Assembly (NCBI GenBank): GCA_963924565.1
Contig: OZ004610.1
Span: 14,508,001-14,572,000, forward strand
Direction of reading: 5' to 3'
Length of the DNA stretch: 64,000 nucleotides
DNA from: Ascidiella aspersa
Taxonomy: Eukaryota
Shown: positions 35,993 to 48,200 of the stretch, in pieces
Layout of the letters: the number at the start of each line of letters is the position of its first letter
How positions within the stretch are numbered: position 1 is the stretch's first letter
Notes under the pieces: model-generated
Told to the model about the DNA's origin: nothing
The model's input: the letters and a program-made list of their open reading frames with translations, nothing else
The model's database searches: none
Made by a program: the position numbers and the translations under genes

Positions 35993-38900
35993 GGCAAGTC
36001 TCGACTATGAGTGGCTGTAAACTTTTTCGGATAACCGCGAACTGTGCAAAATTGAAACTTTAAGGGAGAGGTTTTCCCGGCGCTGGTCTAGAATCCTACC
36101 TCGACTCAAAGATGTTGATCAGTTAAAGCCACATCTGTTGCTATAAGTAACGAACGTTATAATAACGATTTGGTCGTGTACATGTAACACTAATAGGCGC
36201 CCAACGTGGGTGTGCAGAGCGTTTTCAGACGCTCTGGCGTCAAAACTCCCTGGAATTTGACCAAGTCGCACTTGCAATTAGTGTACAATTTCCACTTAAA
36301 TGATAATTAAGATGCGCAATACCAGTTGCACAATTTAGGTTCACCAAAATAATGTGCGAAACTTACAACGTGTGACATTTTCCGTTAGCAGATATATTTT
36401 TGCGCTTTGCGCGAATCTTATTCATGCATCTGCGCCATGCTTACCCTGAAACTATACCTCCATCGAAGTTTCGCCAATTTCGATTATTTAATGAATATAA
36501 TCGCTTCTTATTTTAATTAAACCTATTTTAATTGTCAGTTAAAATGTAATACGGGGCCGCCGAGACATTTAGGTTTAGCTTAGACACGCGTATATAGAAA
36601 AAGATCGCCGAACTCTAATGTAGGTCAAACCTTATAGGCTGATAAGAGTTCTGTCGGAGTAAAACCTCTTCTGGTAAAATGGGCATCATCAGCTGAGTCT
36701 AACATAGACAGAAGTGTCAACCTGTTTTTTCTTTCTTTCTAACTTTGATACGCCAACTTACACACTGCTTCGTGTGATGTAACAACTCTTAAATCTTAAA
36801 ACACGTTGTGACAATTGGTCGCTCAATATATTATAAGAGGACGTCATAAGCTTTCAATCGCACTTAACATAAAACAAATTTGTCGTTCAGTACTTTAAAG
36901 ATAGCGCAACAATGAAGCCTACGTAAATGAACTTTCAAGCAATTAAAAAATAATACCGGTAGACTACAAAAAATATCGCGCTCACTTTGCTCGCCAGATT
37001 TTCAGGTAAGTTACGCCTTTATCAGCAAGTATAACTTAACGCTTTACCATTCAGTATTATGAATATAATTAATTAATCGTGTATCACGGCCGACGGTCGT
37101 ATTACATTGTTCGCTGACAGAGATCATGATGTTGCCCTTAATCATTTTAAACCGCGCATTTGCTGGTTGGAAGAAAATTACAAGAGACACAACGCATTGT
37201 TACAATGATAAAATACGAAAGCGCTAAATCGGTTTACAAAGTAGGCCTGCCCTACTATTACGTTTTGTCGGTGATTACTAACAAGTAAGCATTTTGTGCT
37301 GATTGAAAAACACGCCCTGGAATTTTGAAAGTTCGGCGCCTATGGTATAAACACTTATGTAGGTCTACTTTTAGCAAGACTATTGAATAATGGAAGAAAT
37401 TTAAAGAACAGAAGAAATAAAAAGTCTGCATTTTCGTAATACCACATCAATGAAGTCTATTCGTCTATTTTATTTTTTTAATTCCACAATTACAACTTCA
37501 TCATTTTATTTTAATGTCGCGGTGAATAAATAAAGAGGCCATTCAAATCGACGTTCACTTGCTGCTTTTAACATGTTATAATATCTATCAGACAAATAAA
37601 TCACAATATTATTATGTGTTCTGCAACCTGAGTATGATCATCAGGTTATGTATAATTTTGCCTGGGTCGTAGGTAAACATAACGATTAGAGGTCGTAACA
37701 CACTGACTTCGTAACAGTCACAGCTTTTCACCTCAGAGGTCGCCGTGGTTTAAAGTTATACGGCACAAATTTTTCAAAAAAAACTTTTCTACAATTAATA
37801 GTGGCTTAAAGTTACATTTCAAACTTTAAATTAACAAACCTTACTTGTGATGTATACCTAGGTTATTATAATTGATTTAAACGCTCCTATAAGTAAACAT
37901 TTGTAATAGAAATAATTTCGTGGGTTTAATATAGAGATGGCAATCAATCTAATGTTCGCAAAAGGTGATGAGCTTTTGGCATCATGGTTTTACCTGTTAG
38001 TCGTATATACCAAAGTACCGTGGGCTGTTGCCTGTTGGCCTTAACAGTATAATTTTATCTGTTCAGAATTTGCGTTAGAAAGCCGCTATGCAACACCTCC
38101 GTCTCAAATTCCCTACAGCGCGAAGGACAGATTCTTATCACCTTCGTAAAACAGCATTAAAAAAAAGAACGAAACATAAATTTCTGAAGGGTAAAATAAA
38201 AGGCGCCTGCTCGTTTGCCCCGACGCGGCGGTGGGCGCGGTTTTGCGGTTAGCGGGCGAGAGGTCCGGCGGTGGCTGCGGTGCGTTGCGATTAATAGACA
38301 GCGCGCGCCAAAAGACGGACGCCTTGTAGTACATACAGCCGGGGGGGACATGTCGCGAAATGGCCACACCGGGAAATGCGCGTTAGGCGCGTCGCCCTCT
38401 TGTGCACAGGCGACGCAAGATATCGCCCGGTCATCAATTATGCAGCCGATCGACGGGCGCAAATCGATTGCGCCACAACGGCTGCTTTTTCACTTTCCGC
38501 CCGTTTCGGGACTTGTTTCTTGCTTCCCAGGCGCCGCGCGCGCTTGCGCCTGTCGACGGCGATTTTAATCTATTGTCGGGGATTTGGTTTCGACGCCTGA
38601 GGCGCTTGTTTTGCCTTTTGTATGCGAACCTCGAAAAGGTGCCGTTTCACAATTTTCGTTCGAGGCATGGCTGCATCGCTTGGTTTTCAAAAAGTGTTTA
38701 GGTCGATTAAAGGCACGAATCAGGCTTGCGTTAACCAATTTGCACGATAAGATTAATTTTTACAAACTTTTCATAGGCTCCCCTGGGAATATTTTATTTT
38801 CTGGCTGGCCATAAACTGTTTCAACAATAGCATACGCCAGGATGAATAAAACTAATTTCGAGTTTTTTTTTGCAAATACAAAACCGTTTTTTTAAATCGT

Positions 38901-41641
38901 ATGTTTGTCATTAGCGCGATATTACGCTATACTTAAGGGAGGTTGCAGACACGAAAGTGGAGATGACATGGTTGGCAGCGAAATGAAAAAGTAAGTCGCC
39001 CGTTGTTTGCCAAAAGGGCAACTCACCAGACGACCCTGGGCCTAATTTAGTATCGACGTTGACACCGGCGCCAAGTTTGTCGAGCCCTGGAAAGCGCCTT
39101 CTAGATTCTTCCGCATCGCACTAAGCGGCCCAAGCGCTCTTTCAATTTCAACTAAGTGGACGATGAATTATGCAGGTAACCCCGTGTAGGTCTTGGCAAG
39201 AAATCTGTCACGTCAGACGAGCGTCGGCTGAGCGGAACTTCACCGCAACCAGACAGAACATGTCCGGTTCGACCGCACGCCCCCTAACAGTTTTCCTTTT
39301 CTGACTGCATTAAATTGACTGACGGCTTTCTCTAAGGGCGCCTTTCGTGTTAATTTCGGTCAACTTAACGATAACGACGTTTGTTGGCCTAAGAGCAAAT
39401 GACGTTTGTTTTCACTTTATAAAAGTTCTACTTGCCAGTTGTAAATCATTTTATCTGCCAAAAACAAATGTAAGGTTTTCATTTGAGACCTTTAATTTAA
39501 TTATACAACATATTCTGTGGAAGTGCTAAAAACACGCATTTCCTTCATCGAATCTTTAGAACGCTACGCAAAAAAAACTTCAGAAAGCAGACAGACGACA
39601 ACAATATTGCGTGTTCGTTTTTTGTTTGAAGCGATCAATATATTCAAAATGAAGCAGAAACGAGAACTAGCAACGCGACTGTAAGGCGACGAGCGCGCAT
39701 AAAACACCAAATATATAGATATTTATATAAAGTGGGAAAGACGGAACATGCGATTTACCAAACTCATAACTATTACCACAGCGCGATTGAAAAGCGAGCA
39801 TGCAAAAACACAGACTGATAGTGGAACAGTGAGGCAGGAGAACAGAAAAACTCCTATGGGGTTAAGGTTTACAGGCAAGGTAATAAAAACGGAGATAGAA
39901 AAGTCTTAAAAAAGAAATAGGTTAGTTGTTTTTGTGATAGTCATAGAAACTGATGCGAAAAGTTACTAAAACAATATATATACCAAAGGTCACTTTGGGG
40001 AATGTTGTTGCTAATTTGATTGTTTAAATTTTTCAAATTATTCAGCTTAAACAAGAGGTAAGTTATAATCGGTTTATAGCAGTTACTTTAAAAGTAAATC
40101 AAAAAGCTTTAAGGCAAATGAAGATAGCTTGGAACAAACAAGAAAAACGGAAACAAAATAAACGTAGCAACGGAAAACAAAACGTTTGTTATTATTAGCT
40201 TTATTGGCAGCAATGAAGACAAAGCGAGAAAAAATGAAGAAAGCTTTAGCGGAACAATCAATAAGAAACAACAGGCTAACACCTAACACAACAACATATG
40301 CGTGAAAGCACAAAATGCACGGAATACGAATGGCTTAAGTCACAGTGCGGTGACGCGATATAAAGGGTTGTGTAATAATGTGTGAAATACAGGGCACATA
40401 ACGAAATAGAAGCACATCTCAATTGCAGACGACAAGCTAAAAGGAAGCAAACACTTATTTGTCGACCGCGGACACATCTTTTGGAACTTTTAGTTTAAGT
40501 ATGCTCGGAGTAAAATCGCTAAAAACGGCTTTGTGCCAATACAAAGCTGTAATGAAAAATAAAATTAAAGTTAAAACTAAAGCGGGTGGATTTTAAAAGC
40601 CGAATCAGGTAAAGTGCGACAAAAATTTATCACTCTACGGACGTTGGTGCATTTTTGGAAACGAGTAGGGAAGGAAGAGGGGGGCTGTCCGGTCCCGAAA
40701 GGCGATCAATAGAATTTATTAGGGCCCGAAATTGCCGCGGTGGCAAAAACGCTGTCCACAGGGGCCACAAGGCCTGACCAGGTCACTAATTATTCGCTGA
40801 CCCCGCAGTTGAGGCTTGCGTCCAGTGCGACTGGAAGTTGGGGCAACACGAAAGCTGTCTCGGCGGACTTAATTTGTTTTTAATGAGGCAGGGCGCGCGT
40901 GCGGTTTGATTGCGACAAAAATCGATGGCTAAAGCCGCGAGAAGGCGGGTTGTCGTGCGACCCGTGAGGGAAACTATCAGGGACGCGGTACCGGGCGTTT
41001 TTTCCGCGCGTTTGAGAGCGCAGACGGCAATATGGCGTCCGGGTTCCTGTCGGCGGCAGCCATATTTCCCGACTTGTGCCGTTGTTTATATACGCGGAGA
41101 TGTTTATTGGATTTGCGCCCAGTGCCTTTGCATTCGCACAGGAGTGAAGTCACTTTTGAAGCCCGCGCCGTTCGATAGGCAAGCATTGCGACATGGGGTT
41201 ATTTCGTGGTCAGGCGGGAGGCGAAGAGGTGACTAAGTGATGGCGTGCTTTCCCAACGCGTCTGCCGGGACACAGAATAGAGCATGGGACGGTTAGACGC
41301 GCACCACGACAACACTCAAAGGCATCGCAACGCGTGAAGCCACGTCTTTCGAGTAGAAAACAATCTTTGGTTTGGTGTGAAAAAGGACGACGCATAAAGA
41401 AACAGCAGCAGCAGCGTAACAACAACACCAATCATAACTCAAAATGAACGAAACACAGATAACAGACATGTCGAAATGAACAGAACGTTTTTTACCACTA
41501 TCAAGAACAGAAACAGGCAGCAGCGGATGATATTACCTACACATTAGTCATCCAACATACGATCGATTAAAAAACTACTGGAAAACGGCTGATCGGCATT
41601 AAAAAGACAGACAGCCGTAACATGTAACGTATTTGGGCAGG

Positions 41642-42229
41642 GAGGTAGACTCCATGCAGTTGTGTATTCGCAGGTTGCGAACATAAGGACGCACACATAA
41701 ACATACATCTGCTTCGAAGCTACTTACACGAACGAAGAGGTAGGTGACTTTAAGGGGAAGAAACACAATCGCTCACGGATTCACGTAAATACGACTGGAA
41801 AGAGGCATTCTTCATTTGGTACCACATTTAGTATGCACTAGTTGTTGCATTTCAGGCTGGTCAGGCCAAGGCACATACATAAATTGATATTAATGAAAAA
41901 TTAACTACTGTTTTGGCCACAAACAGCCAAGTGCAAGGCGAATTTCCGACGTATGGACCCAGATTAATAAGTACCAGTACTATTTTTTTTTTCTAAATGT
42001 AACGTTGTACTGTTTTAGTGCTGTTTTTTTTAATTGTTAACGTTGTTTGATACTTATCTGCACGCAAAGGCAATGTGGTCTAGGACCTTCCAACCTGGAA
42101 GAGAGAAATACAGTATTCACCGCGAAATTGTGGCCTGTTGAAACGGGAAAAGGCGAAATCCCGACCCTGAAATAGAAAACATACCGCTTCGGAGAAAAAC
42201 GAAAATAAAAAAAGAAGATCAGGAGGTAG
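41642..42229 (-). promoter_or_regulatory. Three let-7 seed matches (CTACCTC) at the stop codon and in the presumed 3' UTR of the HMGA-like gene
   Basis: GAGGTAG appears on the + strand at 42223-42229, 41737-41743 and 41642-41648. Confidence 0.5.
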
Positions 42230-42391
42230 TATGGGGCGGGGGCGGCGGCAAGTCCTCCGGATGGGGCAGCTGCTGCATCCAAAGCAACTCTTCCTGCTCA
42301 CCCACCGCCTCCCCGAGATGCCTCTCCGTCGCTCCGGGAGGAGGATGAAGGAGCATGGGAGGCATCATCTGCTGTTGCTGGTGGTGCTGGA

Positions 42392-42433
<42 letters not shown>

Positions 42434-42573
42434 GCGCCAGCTCTTGAGGTAAGCTTTGTCTAGGCATGACGAGTGAGAATTCTTGAGGTTGATCGGTTTC
42501 TAGAGGCATTTGCATATAGTGAGGCATGTGAGGTTGCTGTTGATGCAGCTGTGGAGGAGGGCCGGGCTGGGAC

Positions 42574-42620
<47 letters not shown>

Positions 42621-45236
42621 TTGCAAGTGGGCGTGCGGGTGATGCTGCATGTGGTGAGGCAAGCCGGGGCCCATCTGCATTTGAACCATGGCACCGGGGT
42701 CGCCGGGTGGCTCCATGTACATGTGGCTCGGGCCGGCCAACTAAAATACGTCCTGGTTATTCTTGTTGTCCGGTGAGTAACGTAAACAAAGCGCTACAAA
42801 ACGCGAAGCTCTACAACACCAGCTAACGAAATAAATGATAGAGAATACAAAGTCGAAAAATCGCATATATAGGAAAAAAAACTCGAAAGTTACCTCGCGC
42901 TGCGGCGGCGTGTGTTGCTGCTGGTGAAGCTGCTGCTGCTGTTGTTGTTTCAGCTGTTGCTGGACTGCTGCCTCTCTCGTTCTCTGGAAGCCCTCCCACA
43001 TTTCAGGCGGCTGCACACATACACACACACAGAAATAGACGCGCGCGCTTGTGCGCCAGCCTGACTGGAGGCAGGGCTTGGCTCATTGGGCACGTTGCCA
43101 TAATTACCTTGCCGCTATAAAAGTTTTCACGTTGTGTCGCATCTTAGGCGGTAAACATGTTTTATTCGGCAATATGGTAAAATAAGCCAGCGATTAGTAC
43201 TGGCTGAGAAACTGGATATAAGCAAAACTTGTGAGTTTTACTTTGAGCTTAAGGTCTAATGGTCCCGCAAGAAATATGTTGCCCTTTTTTCAACTCTATT
43301 GGTGACCAAGACGAAACTTAAAAAACTTATTTGTAACCAAGTCGGGTTGTTGTTTTTGTTTCAACAGTAGCTGATTTTACCAATCTAAAAAAATTACCTT
43401 TATTGATTTCAGCTTACCACCATTAAAATAATTTCAAATTGTATACAAATATATGTATGGAAAAACAACGTTCCGGAACCTTAGTGACATTTATTTACAC
43501 GAATTTAGTACAAGTCAGTTAACTTAAGTTAAGTAATTGGCTTAAAATTGAACTTACTAAAATATTTAGGAACGATGCAGTATAGATTGCCGTTTCTGTT
43601 TTGGGTAGGACCAACGACTTTAGTGGTGAGATACCCCAAATAGAAAACAAATTAAAAAAAACTCACCCACTTACGAGGTCTTCCTCTAGGGCGCTTGGGT
43701 GGTCGCTCGATGCGCTAAACACACACACATACACAGAAAGGAAAGCGTAATAGTTAAAAGTTTAAACTTAATATAAGAAATGTAAGGAACCAGTTGGCAC
43801 CGTCTCGTTAAAAAGCAGTTAAAGGGTTAAAAATCGGATGGCCCAAGGTCTGCTGGCATCGCGCCGCATTTCGGACATGTGTTGCGTTGCGCGCGAAATT
43901 ACATTCCATGTCCACTTTGACCATTCTCACGGGACCTGCGGCCTGCCGAAGCGTCCAGCCGCGTCAAGTAGGCTGGCTAAACGAGTTACACAGTTGAGTT
44001 TCTGGCACTTTGCAACGTCGCTAGTATCACAGTTCGTCCGCAGACTATATTACTTAAAATGGCCGAAACAAATCGTTGGAATACGATCCAAATTAACCCC
44101 GGTCCAGATGCCACTTTTCTACTGCTGCTAAGCCATTTAGTGTACTAAAATTATTATATTCTCATTGCACGGACCTTACGTTGCAAATAACTTACTTACC
44201 ACAACCTCTTTCCTCTGGTCCAACGAAGCAAATAAAACAAAAATGCGACATTAGGGACAAAGCACTGGTGGTTATTGGCAATGTTCAACACAATGCAGTG
44301 AAACTTGTGAAATTGGACTACAAATTTCAACATAAAAATAAATACTTTTTCTCTACTACTTGAATTAAACCATAAACAACGAATTTTTAGACAGATGTTA
44401 CTTGCAATTGGTGGTCTACCTAATTAAAAACTGGAAACTGATAGTGATCAATCAAATAAGGTATCATACAATGACCATGTCAGTGTGGAGGCAAGACAAA
44501 TGACTTGCTGTCCAAACAGAATTAAGATGTAGAGTTGGAATTTCAAAATGTTTATAGAACAACTGATTGCATCAAAGCTGCCTGACATTGATATAAAATC
44601 AAACACAAACTGTGCGTACCTTTCTAGGTTTCTTGTTCTTGGAACCTTTTGGGCGGCCTCTTGGTCTGCTTACACCCGCTGGCTTGGGGGGCTGCAAAAG
44701 TAAAACTAATGTTTTAACAATAGCACATTTTTTTTTACCCTTACAGTTAAATTAAAGTCCCATTTTATCAGGTATGCTGTTTGCCAATACATCAGCTTTG
44801 TAAGAACTTGTTTGCAGTGCCAAAGTTGCTTTTGATGACCAAAAACAGATCAAAAATATTTTTTTAAATAAATGACCAGCCATTCAAGACCGAAATTGCA
44901 AATATATTTAAAGAACAAAAATAATTTATTTTATTACAATCTTCAATAAAACAAGCATACATGAATCCTAGGTCTTCCAGGCCCTCTAGTGTGGAGAGTT
45001 GGAGGTTGTTGAGGCTGTGGTATTGCCTCAGCAAACGGCAAGGCTGGGTCCAACACTGGTTGTGGTGGGGGGTAAATTCTCTGACTTGGGCCAGGTTGCT
45101 CCTCATAAGAAGGGTAGTCTGGCTGTTGGAGGGGCAGTGGATGTTCAAGACGTCTTCTTTTTTCATACTCCTCTTCTGATTCCTCTTCGGAGTCTCTTTT
45201 GCCCGGCAGGTGACCTTCGGCCTTCCTTTTGCTCAT
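42219..45236 (-). CDS. HMGA: HMGA-like AT-hook architectural chromatin protein, ~344 aa, with a Gln/Pro/His-rich C-terminal extension
   Basis: Exons 45236-44961, 44691-44620, 43714-43667, 43010-42894, 42740-42219 are all phase 0 (1035 nt). Each of exons 1-3 carries one AT-hook: RGPGRPR, RPRGRPKGSKNKK and KRPRGRPRKW. The last two and their exon ends match vertebrate HMGA2 exons 2 and 3. Probable 5' UTR exons lie near 46087-46162, 46756-46848 and 46958-47040. Confidence 0.87.
42393..42626 (-). repeat. Two coding (CAG)n tracts encoding polyglutamine
   Basis: (tgc)n runs on the + strand at ~42393-42431 and ~42573-42626 translate as Q-runs in the last HMGA exon. Confidence 0.95.
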
Positions 45237-48200
45237 TCCTACAAAAAAATATTTCCTATTAGTAAATAGCTAATTTTAGTTTTAACTTTATCAACCAATG
45301 AATTACTACAAGATAATTGTTAAACAGTATAGTTTATCGTTAAAACAAAAGAGCAGCCACACATAACATAAACAAAAAATAGGAAAAAGTGTCAACAAAT
45401 CAATACACAACAAGCATTTGGTAAAGTAATCAAATCAATATAAAGTCAACAAAGAACCAAGTCACAAATTAACTTTCGGGGTGGAGTGGACTGGCCAATA
45501 GCCAGTAGGCGACCAAAGTCAGCACATTCACTTTAGAATTGAATTTTGCCGACAGTGGTTTATCAAATATTGATGAGCTTTAAGCCAGCTTTTTTGAAGT
45601 AAAGCTAAGGAGGGACTGTGGACATAACAAAAGAGTGGACAAGACAGTGATGGTTAGCGAACATTTAAAGTCTAGCCTTTGGACACTTTTTATCGTTTTT
45701 TTATAACTAAAAACTGATATAAACAAAAGATTTTATTTTATACAAATAATATCCCAGCTTTCACAAAGGTAAATAAATGCAAATAAGAATATCAACAATA
45801 TTATTGGTAGTATAATAGTAATATACAAGTTGGTGTGTTAGAATATTTTTACACTTTCAAACTGTCTGGTCATTACCAGTGTAAAAGGAATGATGTAAAC
45901 AAGCGAACCAATCTTGACCAAACGACAGCAGCACAGCTAATTGCTGATGAGGTAGTAGACAAATGCTTTAGTAGAAATGAGGTAGTGACAACAGTTAGTA
46001 GATTTCTCTTCATTCTTCAACAATTCTGCATCAGCACAGTAACTGCCTTACTTGTTTGGTGTAGAAGCAAGTCACATTGAACTTACTTTAGCCAAAAGCA
46101 TGGTAAGCAAATTTCTACAATCCTGCCATGGCTGCAAAATGCTGGAGCATATAGGCATTCAACTAGTAAGAAAAAATATATATATTATACTTTATGATGT
46201 AACCCACTGTCATATTATACCTCACTTAAAAATGAAAGATACAAACACAAAAGTGTTTAACAACTGTGATCTAGCAAACTCTTTCGGTCACTTCAAAGGG
46301 TTTATACTTGATGTTTACAATTTGTATTTAATTTTTTATACATAAAAACAAGAACTTTCCTTGTGTGCAATCCTTTTACGGTTCAACAATTAGAGACTTT
46401 GAGTTAAATTATTTTGTGTTCAGAATAAATTAGCTGCAAGTTTGACATTATTAACAGAATTTATGTAACATTATCTATGTTTTTTTTTTAACAGATTTTA
46501 AATTTTCTTCTATTGGCTAATGTTTATAATTTTTTAACTAAATAAATACCAAAATGTAGAAGCATATAAACAAATCCTGGTGAGATGACAGAGAGTTGTC
46601 TTTTATGAAAGAAACATTTACTATAAAATTCAAGAAAACACCCTTTTAAGTAAACACATAAATTTTTACAACTCCGCTTATTGAAACGGTTTTGTTTTTA
46701 GCAGAGTTTGAAACAATCCATACAAGATATTCTCAAAAAATATACAAACTCACTGAAGGCTATTTGTATTTTTCGATTGGCCCTCAACTCTATGAAGTTG
46801 ACAACATGCATCGGCATTCACTTTGGACTGACTGTAAATGTAATCCACCTATAAGATCATTGATTCCATAAAGTTAAAAAACTATAGTACCTAGTGCTCG
46901 TCAAATTGTAACTCAAGATAATTGCCTTCAGCTAAGTCTTCTCGGGAATCACAGTACCTTGATCAAAACCCGAACTCCATAGCTGTGCGCTGTGCAGCTC
47001 TCCAATACCGGCGCTGCGGCAATGTCAATGCAGCTGACTTGCAAATTGTGAGTCAGCACTATTGCACGCCAAAATTTACGCCGCGTCACAGATATATTTG
47101 ATGTGCAATGTGCTCGTTTGAGAGTAAAACGGGATGCGCAGTACTATGTAGGAAAACTTTTCGTTATTAGTCTTTATCGAGTGTTTGTATTTTCTACTAT
47201 GTATTTGTAATACGATTTGCTTACAACTTCTCAAAATCAGTAGTATGACTTCTACTTCTGCTGATCTTGTGGAAAAAAACGTCTCTTTATTGCTACAATG
47301 TAAGCCCCCTAAAAACTATACGGTATATAACTTATTTGAACACCACCAAAATCCTTAGAAAAACAAAAATGTACAATATAAAGTGTAAAGAATTGCGTTA
47401 TAAAAAGAATATTAATAAGAAATTTAATTGGAAATTAAGGTCTTCCGGTTTTACTACCCTATGTTATTTTTAAGTAGGCTATAAATTTAAGGCTGACCAA
47501 AATGCAATTTGGAATACATAATATATCAATATATACATTTTGATAGAGAACGCAATATGCCTTATATACATTTTTTCTATCAATAAAGAGGTAAAAACTT
47601 GACAATGCGATGGCGCTAAAGAGTTAGCGGGCCAAATCGATTACATCCCTTAATAGAAATGATGAGAGTTATAAAGGCTATTTGCTACTTTTGTACACTT
47701 TATGTTGACAATCTTAAAAAAATAATTATAATTTTTTTTTAAGTTTTAAACAGTAAACCGAAGTTACCAGTAATCGTGTCATTTGTAACGCTGCATGTCT
47801 TCACATTTTTATTTTATCGGGAAATATATCATTATCTACTTTTCTCTGTAACGTGTTTCGATTCTAATTTTTTACACTGTAACATTGGTTTTGCTAAAAT
47901 ACGTTAAAGAGGCATAAACTGTAGGATTAAGCGATAATATCGCTATAGCGTATCAGTGCCGATTACATGAGAATACCTGTCCGCGGTCAATACGAAACCA
48001 GGTGAACTATCTTTTTCGCCAATGGCAACACATTGTTGTATTTCGGTACTTACGTTTAAGCTATAGTAACATAAAGATTTTCACTTGACTGGGCCATCTT
48101 ACCCCTGCTTAACATATTTGGTATCAGTTATGGATCTAATTAGAAATAAGTATCTTCAAATAATATTTGGAAACACCCTTTCGACAAGGCTTTAACAGTA

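Noticed and set aside
38578-38600. GGGATTTGGTTTCGAC resembling a tmRNA or tRNA-like 5' end
   Set aside because: The context is eukaryotic and there is no matching 3' acceptor or T-arm.
39278-39310. CCCTAAC followed by a U-rich tract as a telomerase RNA template
   Set aside because: Only 7 nt of template, with no recognisable pseudoknot partner or H/ACA domain.
42231-42826. + strand poly-Leu and poly-Ala ORFs
   Set aside because: They are antisense shadows of the CAG tracts in the HMGA last exon.
45940-46030. let-7 microRNA gene on the + strand
   Set aside because: The match stops after 12 nt and I could not find a complementary 3' arm forming a pre-miRNA hairpin.
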